DNA from: Caulobacteraceae bacterium
GTDB taxonomy: Bacteria; Pseudomonadota; Alphaproteobacteria; Caulobacterales; Caulobacteraceae
DNA: 64,000 nucleotides
Assembly: GCA_035294785.1 (NCBI GenBank)
Contig: DATGKF010000055.1
Coordinates: forward strand, 1,914 to 65,913
Direction of reading: 5' to 3'
The notes under the pieces are model-generated. The model made no database searches. It had not been told where the DNA came from and saw only the letters and a list, made by a program, of their open reading frames with translations. The translations under genes and the position numbers were made by a program. Every line of letters begins with the position of its first letter. Within the stretch, counting starts at the first letter, position 1. This document shows positions 22,425-31,879 of this stretch, in pieces.

Positions 22425-23351
22425 ATGAGCGGGGCGGCGCTGGCGCTCGATGGGGTGACCAAACGCTATGGCGCGTTCACCGCGGTGGACGGCCTCAGCT
22501 TCCGGGTCGAGCCAGGCCGCATCCTTGGCTTCCTCGGCCCGAACGGCGCCGGCAAGACCTCGACCATCCGCATGATCCTCGGCCTGATCGCGCCGACGGC
22601 CGGCGCCATATCGGTGCTTGGCGCATCCGACATTCGCTCGGTGCGCGACCGCATCGGCTTCCTGCCCGAGGAGCGCGGCCTCTATCGCCGCATGACGCCG
22701 GTCGCCGCCATCGCCTTCCTCGCCAGCCTCAAGGGCGTCGCCGTCCCGGAGGCCAAGCGCCGCGCCCGGCAGATGCTCGAGGCGCAGGGCCTGGGCGACG
22801 CCGCCGGGCGCCAGATCCGCATGCTGTCGAAGGGCATGGCCCAGAAGGTCCAACTTTTGTCCGCCATCGCTCACGAGCCGGACCTGGTGCTGCTCGACGA
22901 GCCGTTCTCCGGCCTCGACCCGGTCAACCAGCAGAGCCTGGAGACGCTGATCCGCGAGCTCGCGGCGCGCGGGGCGACCGTCGTCTTCTCCACCCACGTC
23001 ATGCAGCACGCCGAGCGCCTGTGCGATCAGGTCGTCCTGCTCGCCAACGGCAAGAAAGTCTTCGACGGCGCGGTCGAAGCCGCTCGCGCCGCGGCGCCGC
23101 GCACGCTGGTCATCGAAGGCGGCTTCGATCCGGCGCGGCTGGCCGCGGTGCCGGGCCTCGGCGAACGCACGGTCGAGCCGGCCGACGACGGCGGCGTCCG
23201 GGTGACGGCCGTCCTGGAACGCGGCGCGCCGGCGCAGGCCGCGCTGACCGCCGCCTTCAACCTCGGCCTCGACATCCGCCGCTTCGAGCTCAGAGAGCCG
23301 CACCTGCACGACGCCTTCATCGTGCTGACCGCCGGGGCCGGCCAGCCATGA
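22425..23351 (+). CDS. ABC transporter ATP-binding protein (NatA/YhaQ-like)
   Basis: GPNGAGKT Walker A; LSKGMAQK signature; LLDEPFSGLD. Confidence 0.93.
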   Translation: MSGAALALDGVTKRYGAFTAVDGLSFRVEPGRILGFLGPNGAGKTSTIRMILGLIAPTAGAISVLGASDIRSVRDRIGFLPEERGLYRRMTPVAAIAFLASLKGVAVPEAKRRARQMLEAQGLGDAAGRQIRMLSKGMAQKVQLLSAIAHEPDLVLLDEPFSGLDPVNQQSLETLIRELAARGATVVFSTHVMQHAERLCDQVVLLANGKKVFDGAVEAARAAAPRTLVIEGGFDPARLAAVPGLGERTVEPADDGGVRVTAVLERGAPAQAALTAAFNLGLDIRRFELREPHLHDAFIVLTAGAGQP

Positions 23352-24634
23352 GCCGCCTCCTCCGCATCGCCGTCCGCGACTACCTCGCCTACGTCCGCAC
23401 GCCCGGCTTCTGGCTCTCCATCCTGCTCATGCCGGTCGGGATCATGCTCTTCGGCGGCTCGTCGACGCTCCTGGCGCGCACCTCGCCGGTGCCCGAGATC
23501 GCCGTCGTCGACTTCACCGGGCAAGGCTACGTCCAGGCGGTGCAACAGGCGCTGGCCGCCAGCCAGCCCGGCCAGCGACCGGCCGCCGTGATTGTCGCCG
23601 CCCCGGGCGGTCCGTTCTCGAGCCCCGCCGACGCCGGCGCCCGGCTCCGCGCCTACGTCGCCGGCGGAGCCCGTCTGCCCGATGGCCACCCGCTCGACGC
23701 CGCGGCGATCATCCACGCGTCGGGACAGGGCGTCGACGTGGACTACTGGAGCCGCAACGTCGCCGACCGCGCCGGCCAGATCGCCGTCCGCGAAGCCGTC
23801 GCCGAGGCCATGCGCCGAGCCGACCTCGCCAAACAGGGCATCGGACCGAAAGCGCTGGCGGCCATCGACCAGCTGACGCCGCACGTCACCACCTTCTCCG
23901 CCCGCGCCGGCGGCCGCGTGTCCCAGCGCGAGCTGGTGCGCGGCTTCATCGGCTTCGGCATGGGCATGCTGCTGTGGATGGTGGTGTTCACCGGCGCAGG
24001 GATGCTGCTGAACAGCGTCATCGAGGAGAAGTCGAGCCGCATCCTCGAGGTGCTGCTGACCTCAGCCTCGGTGCCGGAGATCATGGCCGGCAAAATCCTC
24101 GGCGTCGCGGCGGTGACCGCAACGGTGCTCGGCGTCTGGCTGAGCATCGGGGCGACAGCGCTCGCCATCGCCGCGCCCTCGGTGGCCGCCGATCTGGTCG
24201 CCATCCTGCTCAGCAAGGGGATGATCGCCTACCTCGCCCTCTACTTCGTCGGCGGCTACCTGATGTTCGCCACCCTCTACGTCACCGTCGGCGCCTTCTG
24301 CGAGACAACGCGCGAGGCGCAGACCCTGCTCGGGCCGATGATGATCCTCCTCTCCATGCCGATGATCTTCATGTCGCAGGCGATCACCCATCCCGACGCG
24401 CCGCTGCTCACGACCCTCTCGTGGGTGCCGATCTTCACGCCCTTCATGATGGCCGCGCGCGCCGCGTCCGACCCGCCGCTCTGGCAGGTGGCGGGAACGG
24501 CGGCGCTGATGTTCGCGACCACCGCGGTCGAGCTCTGGGTGGCGGGGCCGGCGTTCAAGTCCGGCGCGCTGGCCAGCGGCCGGTTCGAGATCGGGACGTT
24601 CCTGAAAAGCCTGGTCCGGCGGACCGGCGAGTAG
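23348..24634 (+). CDS. ABC-2 type permease (NatB/YhaP-like)
   Basis: ATGA overlap at 23348; EEKSSRILEVLL motif; N-terminal TM, large periplasmic loop and several C-terminal TMs. Confidence 0.9.
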   Translation: MSRLLRIAVRDYLAYVRTPGFWLSILLMPVGIMLFGGSSTLLARTSPVPEIAVVDFTGQGYVQAVQQALAASQPGQRPAAVIVAAPGGPFSSPADAGARLRAYVAGGARLPDGHPLDAAAIIHASGQGVDVDYWSRNVADRAGQIAVREAVAEAMRRADLAKQGIGPKALAAIDQLTPHVTTFSARAGGRVSQRELVRGFIGFGMGMLLWMVVFTGAGMLLNSVIEEKSSRILEVLLTSASVPEIMAGKILGVAAVTATVLGVWLSIGATALAIAAPSVAADLVAILLSKGMIAYLALYFVGGYLMFATLYVTVGAFCETTREAQTLLGPMMILLSMPMIFMSQAITHPDAPLLTTLSWVPIFTPFMMAARAASDPPLWQVAGTAALMFATTAVELWVAGPAFKSGALASGRFEIGTFLKSLVRRTGE

Positions 24635-24640
24635 GCGGCT

Positions 24641-24877
24641 CTACGTCCGCGCCGGCTTCTTCGGCGCGGGGAGCAGGCCTTCGCGCTGAGCGCGTTTGCG
24701 CGCCAGCTTGCGGGCGCGGCGCACGGCCTCGGCCTTCTGGCGGGCGCGCTTCTCGGAGGGTTTTTCGTAGTGCACGTGCCGCTTCATTTCGCGGAACGAG
24801 CCTTCGCGCTGCATCTTCTTCTTCAGCGCTTTCAGCGCCTGGTCGACATTGTTGTCGCGCACGAAAATCTGAACGAT
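24641..24877 (-). CDS. rpsU: 30S ribosomal protein S21, apparently starting at a non-canonical ATC
   Basis: [45 protein letters not shown]; GGGAGG SD 7 nt before ATC. Start assignment is inferred. Confidence 0.95.
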   Translation of the reverse strand: MVQIFVRDNNVDQALKALKKKMQREGSFREMKRHVHYEKPSEKRARQKAEAVRRARKLARKRAQREGLLPAPKKPART

Positions 24878-25017
24878 GACCAGTCCTCCCAGACGGGCAC
24901 GGAAAAATGAAATCGGCGAGCGACGCTCGCCGATGCGGGGCGGCTGATAGCAGAGCCGGGCCCTATTGTCCACGGGCGAGACGCGGGCAAGCCTTGCGGT
25001 GTAAGGTTCCAGACGCC

Positions 25018-25710
25018 ATGACCGCCGCCGAGATCGACTGGACCGAAGCCGCAGAAGCCCGCCTGCTCGACGCCGCCATCCAGCGCGCGCCGACGCTGGG
25101 CTGGAACGGGCGCATGCTGACGCGCGCCGCCGCCGACGCCGGCCTTTCGGCGGGCGAGGCGATGCTGGTCGCGCCAGGCGGCGCCCGCGACCTCGCCGCG
25201 CTCCTCTCCCGCCGCCACGACGCTCGCGCGCTGGCCGCGCTCGCCGGTGAGAACCCGGCGGGGCTCAAGGTGCGGATGCGCATCCGCAGGAGCGTCGAAG
25301 CGCGGATGGACGCGGCCTTCGCCGACGAGGCGGCGCTCGGTCGCTGGGCCGGCTTTCTGGCGCTGCCGCCCAACGCGCCCCTGGCGGCGCGGCTCGTCTG
25401 GGAGACCGCCGACCGCCTTTGGCGCTGGGCCGGCGATGTGGCCACCGACGAAAACCACTATTCGAAGCGCGCCATCCTCGCCGGCGTGCTCGCTTCGACA
25501 CTGGCCGTCCGCCTGCGCGAGGGCCGTGCCGCCAGCCTCGACCACCTCGACCGCCAGATCGACCACGTCATGGCGTTCGAGTCCTGGAAAGCCCGCCTCA
25601 AACCCGCCGACCTCGCCACCACCCTCGCCAGCGCCCTGGGCCGCCGCCGGTACAATCGCTCGTCATCCTCCGCCGTAGCGGCGAAGCCGCGGAGTGCGGG
25701 GGACCCATGA
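25018..25710 (+). CDS. COQ9-family protein (rpsU-divergently transcribed)
   Basis: [24 protein letters not shown] motif; divergent from rpsU. Confidence 0.88.
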   Translation: MTAAEIDWTEAAEARLLDAAIQRAPTLGWNGRMLTRAAADAGLSAGEAMLVAPGGARDLAALLSRRHDARALAALAGENPAGLKVRMRIRRSVEARMDAAFADEAALGRWAGFLALPPNAPLAARLVWETADRLWRWAGDVATDENHYSKRAILAGVLASTLAVRLREGRAASLDHLDRQIDHVMAFESWKARLKPADLATTLASALGRRRYNRSSSSAVAAKPRSAGDP

Positions 25711-25764
25711 GCACCCACGTTCGACGCTGATCATGGGTGGCCCGAACAAGTCGGGCCATGACGA
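25660..25764. repeat. About 105-bp palindromic REP/RIME/MITE-like element
   Basis: Terminal inverted TCGTCAT...ATGACGA; internal CCCATGA/TCATGGG; hairpin TGGCCCGA-ACAAG-TCGGGCCA. Resembles alphaproteobacterial GTCAT-type intergenic repeats; only one copy seen here. Confidence 0.6.
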
Positions 25765-25773
25765 AGACGAGCT

Positions 25774-26862
25774 TCACTCCCGCTCCAGGGGCCTCAGGCG
25801 GTTGATGTGGCCCATTTTTCGGCCGTCGCGGACCTCGGCTTTGCCGTAGAGCCAGACGCGGGCTTCCGGTTCGGCGATCAGGGCGGGCCAGCGGTCGACG
25901 TCGTGGCCGATCAGGTTCTCCATCTCGACGCTGGCCAGCGGCGTCACCGGTCCCAGCGGCCAGCCGGCGATGGCGCGCAGGTGCTGCTCGAACTGGTCCA
26001 CCTCGCAGCCGTCCAGCGTCCAGTGGCCGGAGTTGTGCACCCGGGGCGCGATTTCGTTCACGAGCAGCCGCCCGTCGGCCATCTCGAAGAGCTCGATCCC
26101 GATCACCCCGACATAGTCGAGGCTCGTGAGGACGCGCGCGGCGATCACCTGCGCCTGTTCGGCGATCGCCGGCGTCACCTGCGCTGGCGCATGGGTGCGC
26201 CGAAGGATGCCCCCCTCGTGGTGGTTCTCGCCCAGCGGATAGGCGGCCACCTCGCCGTCGCGGCCGCGGGCGGCGATCACCGAAAGCTCGCGCACGAAGT
26301 CGGCGCGCGCCTCCAGAATCGCCGCCGCCTTGTCGATGCGCGCGAAGGCGTCGGCCGCGTCCGCGTGGCCCTCGACCCATGTCTGACCCTTGCCGTCGTA
26401 GCCTTCGCGGCGGGTCTTCAAGAGCGCCGGCGCGCCCAGCGCCTCGAGGCCGGCGAGGATGTCGGCGGTCGTCTCGACGGCGGCGAAACGGACGGTCGGC
26501 GCGCGACACCCGTTCAGGAAGGTCTTTTCGTCCACCCGGTCCTGGGCGACCGCCAGCGCCCGCCCGCCCGGCGCCACCGACGCGCCGAGGCCGACCAGCG
26601 TCTCGACCACGCTTGCGGGCACGTTCTCGAACTCGAAGGTGACGACGTCGGCGGCTTCGGCGAGCGTCTTCAACGCGCCGGCATCGTCGTAGGCGGCCTT
26701 CAACCACAGTCCGGCTGTCTGGCCCCCGCCGGAGTCGGCTCGCGGCTCCAACACGACCGTCTCGAACCCCAGCCGCGCCGCCGCCAGGGCCAGCATGCGG
26801 CCCAGCTGACCGCCGCCGAGGATGCCGATCGTCGATCCGGGCCGGAGCGGGAAGGCGGGCAC
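25774..26862 (-). CDS. purK: N5-carboxyaminoimidazole ribonucleotide synthase
   Basis: IGILGGGQLGRML; FEFENVP; GYDGKGQ; NEIAPRVHNSGHWT; GRKMGH. Confidence 0.96.
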   Translation of the reverse strand: MPAFPLRPGSTIGILGGGQLGRMLALAAARLGFETVVLEPRADSGGGQTAGLWLKAAYDDAGALKTLAEAADVVTFEFENVPASVVETLVGLGASVAPGGRALAVAQDRVDEKTFLNGCRAPTVRFAAVETTADILAGLEALGAPALLKTRREGYDGKGQTWVEGHADAADAFARIDKAAAILEARADFVRELSVIAARGRDGEVAAYPLGENHHEGGILRRTHAPAQVTPAIAEQAQVIAARVLTSLDYVGVIGIELFEMADGRLLVNEIAPRVHNSGHWTLDGCEVDQFEQHLRAIAGWPLGPVTPLASVEMENLIGHDVDRWPALIAEPEARVWLYGKAEVRDGRKMGHINRLRPLERE

Positions 26863-26867
26863 GCGCG

Positions 26868-27359
26868 TCAGTCGGTCACGGTTTCCGCCACCGAGGCTGT
26901 CTGCAGCGCCCGGTAGGTTTCCAGCCGCTCGGCCAGCGCCGGGTCGCTCAACGCCAGGATCTGGGCGGCCAGCAGCCCCGCGTTCGTCGCGCCGGCTTCG
27001 CCGATGGCGAGGCTGCCCACCGGGATGCCGGCCGGCATCTGTTGGATGGAGAGCAGCGAGTCGACGCCCTTCAGCGCCCGCGTCTTGATCGGCACGCCCA
27101 GCACCGGAAGCATGGTCATCGAGGCGGTCATGCCCGGCAGATGCGCCGCGCCGCCGGCGGCCGCGATGATGATCTTGAAGCCAGCGGCCTTGGCGCCTTT
27201 GGCGAAGGCGTACATCCGATCCGGCGTACGGTGGGCTGAAACCACCTTCTTCTCGTAGCCGACGCCCAGCTGGTCGAGGATGGCGGCGGCGGCCCGCATG
27301 GTCGGCCAGTCCGACCGGCTTCCCATGATGATGGCGACCGGCGCGATCTTTCCGGGCAT
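26868..27359 (-). CDS. purE: N5-CAIR mutase
   Basis: IIMGSRSDW; VVSAHRTP; [10 protein letters not shown]; QMPAGIPVG; start ATG 27359. Confidence 0.96.
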   Translation of the reverse strand: MPGKIAPVAIIMGSRSDWPTMRAAAAILDQLGVGYEKKVVSAHRTPDRMYAFAKGAKAAGFKIIIAAAGGAAHLPGMTASMTMLPVLGVPIKTRALKGVDSLLSIQQMPAGIPVGSLAIGEAGATNAGLLAAQILALSDPALAERLETYRALQTASVAETVTD

Positions 27360-27506
27360 GGCGGCTCCGACGAGGAAGCCGGGCAGTATAGGGGTCAACC
27401 TTGCGCCCGCAACCGATCGGAGCCAGGATTCGCTTGGCGGCGGCCGCCTTGAGGCGATTCGCGGGGCTCTCCCGGGAACGCGGGCGGCGGGGGACGATGG
27501 CAAGCG

Positions 27507-28226
27507 ATGAGGCTCCTGGGCGTGCGTCTCGACGCGCTCGGCGCGGTCAGGCGAAGGCCGGTCGCGGCCGGTGTCACGCCCGCGCAAGCGTTGGCGAGCT
27601 CCGCGCCCGTCGATAGCGCCGCCTTCCTCGGCCTCGGCCCCGCCGACATCACCGGCCCGGTGCAGGCGGCGCTGACCACGCTGCTCGGCGAAATCGAGGA
27701 GCTGCGCGGCGAGGTCCAGCGGCTCAAGGCTCGGCTCACCGAGGCCGAGGGCCTGGCCGACCAGGACGTGCTCACCCCGGTGCTCAACCGCCGCGCCTTC
27801 GTGCGCGAGCTTCGACGCGTCATCGCCTTCACGCACCGCTACGGCGGCCAGACCAGCCTGATCTACTTCGACCTCGACGGGTTCAAGGCGGTGAACGACC
27901 GCTTCGGCCACGCGGCCGGAGACGTGGCGCTGAAGGCGGTGGCCGAGCGGCTGGCCGGCGCTGTGCGCGAATCGGACATCGTCGGACGCCTCGGCGGCGA
28001 CGAGTTCGGCGTCATCCTCGTGCATGCGGACCGGGCGACCGCGCTCGCCAAGGCCGCCGTGCTCGCCACGCTGGTCGAGGATGAGCCGATTGCCTCCGGC
28101 GAGTGGCTGATGCCGGTCAGGATCAGCTACGGCGTCGCCCAGCTTATGCCCGGCGCGGACGCCGAACAGGCCCTGACCGAAGCCGACGCGGCCATGTACG
28201 CGCACAAGCGAGCGGCCGCCGGGTAG
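27507..28226 (+). CDS. Diguanylate cyclase (coiled-coil + GGDEF)
   Basis: [10 protein letters not shown]; [18 protein letters not shown]; RESD I-site; GGDEF. Confidence 0.92.
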   Translation: MRLLGVRLDALGAVRRRPVAAGVTPAQALASSAPVDSAAFLGLGPADITGPVQAALTTLLGEIEELRGEVQRLKARLTEAEGLADQDVLTPVLNRRAFVRELRRVIAFTHRYGGQTSLIYFDLDGFKAVNDRFGHAAGDVALKAVAERLAGAVRESDIVGRLGGDEFGVILVHADRATALAKAAVLATLVEDEPIASGEWLMPVRISYGVAQLMPGADAEQALTEADAAMYAHKRAAAG

Positions 28227-28230
28227 GTCG

Positions 28231-28725
28231 ATGCGCAATCGCTCCCGTCTTCTGCCTCTCGCCGCATTTGCGCTGGCCCTGGCGGCCGCCATGCCGGCCG
28301 CCGCCCAGGATGTGGCCGTTAGCGGCCTCGCCGGCCAGGCCGTGACGCTGAGCCCCGCCGACATCGCGGCGCTGCCGCACGTTATGCTGACGGTCACTGT
28401 CGAGGGCCAGACGCACGCCTACCGGGGCGTCCCGCTCGCCGACATTCTGGCCCGCGTCGGCGCGCCCGCCGGCAAGACGCTCAAGGGTCCCGATCTCGCC
28501 GACGTCGTCCTGGTCACCGCCAAGGACGGCTATGTCGTGGCGCTCAGCCTGGCCGATACCGACCCCATGGTGCGCAGGGACCAGATCATCCTCGCCGATG
28601 CATCCGACGGCGCGCCGCTGCCCGACGGCGTCGGCCCCTACCGCCTGGTGGTGGAGGGCGACCAGCGCGGGGCGCGCATGGCCCGGATGGTCGTTTCCAT
28701 CGCCGTTCTCCGCGTCAGGCGATGA
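28231..28725 (+). CDS. Exported molybdopterin-oxidoreductase-like protein
   Basis: Signal peptide; [10 protein letters not shown]; AKDGY; [10 protein letters not shown]. Confidence 0.65.
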   Translation: MRNRSRLLPLAAFALALAAAMPAAAQDVAVSGLAGQAVTLSPADIAALPHVMLTVTVEGQTHAYRGVPLADILARVGAPAGKTLKGPDLADVVLVTAKDGYVVALSLADTDPMVRRDQIILADASDGAPLPDGVGPYRLVVEGDQRGARMARMVVSIAVLRVRR

Positions 28726-28939
28726 TGTCGGGCGTCAGGCGGTCTTCGAGGCGGGTGATCTGGTCGCGCAGGGCGAGCTTCTGCCGCTTGAGGCGGGCGA
28801 TCTGCAGCTGGTCGGGGACGGGCTTGCCGGCCAGCGCCTGGACGGCGTCGTCCAGATCCTGGTGCGCCTGGCGCAGTTCGGCGATGCGCGCCTGGATCGC
28901 CTCGTCATTGGCCAGCGGTGGCTCGTCGCTGAAAGACAT
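28715..28939 (-). CDS. YdcH/DUF465 family coiled-coil protein
   Basis: ELRQAHQDLDDAV...DQLQIARLKRQKLALRDQI...TPDIIA; also in frame with the upstream TIGR02444 ORF. Confidence 0.85.
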   Translation of the reverse strand: MSFSDEPPLANDEAIQARIAELRQAHQDLDDAVQALAGKPVPDQLQIARLKRQKLALRDQITRLEDRLTPDIIA

Positions 28940-29428
28940 GGCGGCGGGGAGTTTAGCAAACTCGGCCGCTACCGAAAACGCGGCGGCCAGCGCCGAGAGC
29001 AGGTCGGGCGGCGCCGGCTCGCCCCAGGCGGCGACGGCGGCGGCGAGCGCAATCCGCGCATTCGGGGCGCCGCGCGCCTCGGGCGTCATCGCCTCGAGCT
29101 GGTCCAGGAGGCCGCGTTCGGCCGCCAGCTCCTCGCCCCTGATCCGGGCCCGCAGAGCCTCGCGCGGCCCGTCGTCGGCGCTGGTGAGCGAAGCCTTCAG
29201 CGTTCGCCGCGTGGCGCGGAGCGGCTTCAGCACGTTCGCCTCGACCTCGTGGGCCAGGGCGGCGGCGCGGGCCGCCAGATCGGCGTCCGCCATCCGCCCG
29301 GCCTCGCCAGCCCAAAGCGCCCAGAGCAGCAGGCAGACGCTCTGCCCATGCTCGTCCTGCAGCGTCAGGCACAGCGGCGCCACGCCGGGCGCGGCGTAGG
29401 CCTTCGCGGCCCAGTCATAGAGGCTCAA
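28715..29428 (-). CDS. TIGR02444 (DUF2390) family protein reading through into DUF465
   Basis: TTG start overlapping the ubiX stop; LYDWAAKAYAAPGVAPLCLTLQDEHGQSVCLLLW; ELAAER; no stop before the DUF465 ATG. Confidence 0.75.
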   Translation of the reverse strand: MSLYDWAAKAYAAPGVAPLCLTLQDEHGQSVCLLLWALWAGEAGRMADADLAARAAALAHEVEANVLKPLRATRRTLKASLTSADDGPREALRARIRGEELAAERGLLDQLEAMTPEARGAPNARIALAAAVAAWGEPAPPDLLSALAAAFSVAAEFAKLPAAMSFSDEPPLANDEAIQARIAELRQAHQDLDDAVQALAGKPVPDQLQIARLKRQKLALRDQITRLEDRLTPDIIA

Positions 29429-30024
29429 TCCGCGTCCCCCAGGATCGGCTTTAACGCCACGCCCCAGCGGCTCACGCCTTTCCAGTCGAAGCCGAAAAGG
29501 TCGAGCGCGCGCCCGACCGACTGGTCGACCATCGCCTCGATCGTCCGCGGCCGCGCGTAGAAGGCCGGCAGGGGCGGGGCGATCACCGCACCCATTTCGG
29601 CCAGCTTCACCAGCGTGCGCAGATGGCCGAGGTGCAGCGGCGTCTCGCGCACCATCAGCACGAGCGGCCGCCGCTCCTTCAGCGTGACGTCGGCGGCGCG
29701 CGCGATGAGGCCCGATGTCACGCCGGTCGCGATCTCCGACATGGTCTTCACCGAACAGGGTGTGACGATCATGCCCAGCGTCTTGTAGGAGCCCGAGGCG
29801 ATCGAGGCCCCGATGTCGGTCGGCCGGTGTGTCACCGACGCCTTGGCGGAAAGCTCGGCGAGACTGAGGCCCGTCTCCGACTTCAGCGTCAGCGCCGCGG
29901 CGCGCGAAGCGACCAGGTGGGTCTCGACGCCGAGCTCGGCCAGCGCCTCCAGAACCCGCACGCCGTACGCCGCGCCCGACGCGCCGGTCACGCCGACGAC
30001 CAGCCGTTCCGGCGCCTTCGCCAA
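29425..30024 (-). CDS. ubiX: Flavin prenyltransferase UbiX
   Basis: VGVTGASGA; IASGSY; PCSVKT; RAADVTLKERRPLVLMVRETP; PAFY. Confidence 0.95.
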   Translation of the reverse strand: MAKAPERLVVGVTGASGAAYGVRVLEALAELGVETHLVASRAAALTLKSETGLSLAELSAKASVTHRPTDIGASIASGSYKTLGMIVTPCSVKTMSEIATGVTSGLIARAADVTLKERRPLVLMVRETPLHLGHLRTLVKLAEMGAVIAPPLPAFYARPRTIEAMVDQSVGRALDLFGFDWKGVSRWGVALKPILGDAD

Positions 30025-30165
30025 GGTCAGCGCTCCCGCATTTCGCCACCATGGCGCCCGCCATTTGGGCGCCTTCTGGCCCCGCCAGATCGCAAGCGAA
30101 TGTGATCTGACGCGACTCGTGGCGGGTGTTTAACTCGCTACCGCCAGCAGTATGGAGGCGCACTT

Positions 30166-30339
30166 ATGGCAGTTGAAGCGCGAATTCGCGAACTCGGATC
30201 GAGGCACGAGACCCTCGAGCGCGCCATTCAGGAAGAGGCCGGGCGGCCCGCCGCCGACGACCTGCGCATTCGCGAGCTCAAGCGACGGAAGCTGAAGCTG
30301 AAGGAAGAGATGGAGTCGTTGCGCGGCCGGGTGCATTAG
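30166..30339 (+). CDS. Second YdcH/DUF465 family protein (57 aa; below ORF-track cutoff)
   Basis: Manual translation MAVEARIRELGSRHETLERAIQEEAGRPAADDLRIRELKRRKLKLKEEMESLRGRVH; GGAGG RBS. Confidence 0.85.
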   Translation: MAVEARIRELGSRHETLERAIQEEAGRPAADDLRIRELKRRKLKLKEEMESLRGRVH

Positions 30340-30380
30340 ACCCGCACGACCCGGTTCCTTCGAAGGAGTAGACGGCCGCG

Positions 30381-31097
30381 ATGGCGGGAAAGGTCGCCGA
30401 AGACGCCCGCGCGGCGCTCGATGGGCTGTTGTCCGACGGCATGACGATCATGGCCGGCGGGTTTGGCCTGTGCGGCATCCCCGAGAACCTGATCGCCGCC
30501 ATCCGCGCGTCTGGCGTCAAGGACCTGACGGTCGTCTCCAACAATTGCGGCGTCGATGATTTCGGCCTCGGCCTGCTGCTCGCCGGCGGTCAGATCCGGA
30601 AGATGATCTCGTCCTACGTGGGTGAGAACAAGCTCTTCGCCGAACTTTATCTCTCTGGCCGGCTGGAACTGGAGTTCAACCCCCAGGGCACGCTTGCCGA
30701 ACGCATCCGCGCCGGCGGCGCCGGCATCCCCGCCTTCTTTACCAAGACGGGCGTCGGCACGCTGGTCGCCGAGGGCAAGGAGGTGCGCGAGTTCGACGGC
30801 GAGCTTTACGTGATGGAGCGGGGCCTTGTGGCCGACCTCGCCATCGTCAAGGCGTGGAAAGGCGATGCCGAGGGCAACCTCGTCTATCGGAAGACGGCGC
30901 GGAACTTCAATCCGGTCATGGCCACCGCCGGCAAGGCGACCATCGCCGAGGTCGAGGACCTGGTCTCCATCGGCGGCCTCGATCCCGACCAGATCCACAC
31001 GCCCGGCATCTACGTTGATCGCATCTTCAAAGGCGCCGTCTACGAAAAACGCATCGAGCAGGAGACCACCCGTCCACGCGCCGAGGTGCGCGCCTGA
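30381..31097 (+). CDS. scoA: 3-oxoacid CoA-transferase subunit A
   Basis: [13 protein letters not shown]; SSYVGEN; [19 protein letters not shown]; TARNFNP. Confidence 0.93.
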   Translation: MAGKVAEDARAALDGLLSDGMTIMAGGFGLCGIPENLIAAIRASGVKDLTVVSNNCGVDDFGLGLLLAGGQIRKMISSYVGENKLFAELYLSGRLELEFNPQGTLAERIRAGGAGIPAFFTKTGVGTLVAEGKEVREFDGELYVMERGLVADLAIVKAWKGDAEGNLVYRKTARNFNPVMATAGKATIAEVEDLVSIGGLDPDQIHTPGIYVDRIFKGAVYEKRIEQETTRPRAEVRA

Positions 31098-31747
31098 TGG
31101 CCTGGACCCGCGACCAGATGGCCGCCCGCGCGGCCAAGGAGCTGCGCGACGGCTTCTACGTGAACCTCGGCATCGGCATCCCGACGCTCGTGGCCAACTT
31201 TATCCCGCCCGGCATGCATGTGACGCTGCAGAGCGAGAACGGGATGCTGGGCATGGGGCCCTTCCCCTATGCCGGCGAAGCCGACCCCGACCTGATCAAC
31301 GCCGGCAAGCAGACGATCACCGAGCTGCCGCAATCCAGCTTCTTCTCCTCCGCCGACAGTTTCGCGATGATCCGCGGCGGCCACATCGACCTGTCCATCC
31401 TCGGCGGCATGCAGGTCTCGCAAGCCGGCGACCTCGCCAACTGGATGGTGCCGGGCAAGATGGTGAAGGGCATGGGCGGGGCGATGGACCTGGTCGCCGG
31501 CGTCAAGCGCGTTGTCGTCGTGATGGAGCACAGCGAAAAAGCCGGCGGCGCGAAGTTCCTCAAAGCCTGCACGCTGCCGCTTACCGGCCAGGGCGTCGTC
31601 GACCTCCTGATCACCGACCTTGCCGTCTTCGAGATCGACCGCCGGGCCGGCCGCGCCCGCCTCGCCGAGCGGGCCGAGGGCGTCGGACTGGACGAGATTC
31701 GCGCGAGAACCGAAGCGGCCTTCGAGGTCGCCGCCGAGGCCGCCTGA
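31097..31747 (+). CDS. scoB: 3-oxoacid CoA-transferase subunit B
   Basis: VNLGIGIPT; LQSENG active Glu; [10 protein letters not shown]; CTLPLTG. Confidence 0.93.
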   Translation: MAWTRDQMAARAAKELRDGFYVNLGIGIPTLVANFIPPGMHVTLQSENGMLGMGPFPYAGEADPDLINAGKQTITELPQSSFFSSADSFAMIRGGHIDLSILGGMQVSQAGDLANWMVPGKMVKGMGGAMDLVAGVKRVVVVMEHSEKAGGAKFLKACTLPLTGQGVVDLLITDLAVFEIDRRAGRARLAERAEGVGLDEIRARTEAAFEVAAEAA

Positions 31748-31841
31748 GGGCGCCAAACTGCTCATCCTGGACGCACCGCCTGCCTTTCCTTTGGGCGCCC
31801 GAACCCTTTTCCGGCAAGGGAAGCGCGATTTCATCCGCCCG

Positions 31842-31857
31842 ATAAGACACGGTTAAC
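31842..31857 (+). promoter_or_regulatory. CtrA-like box upstream of the hybrid kinase
   Basis: ATAA-N7-TTAAC, one mismatch to TTAA-N7-TTAAC. Confidence 0.55.
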
Positions 31858-31879
31858 CGGCGTCCGGCGCTCTCCCCGC

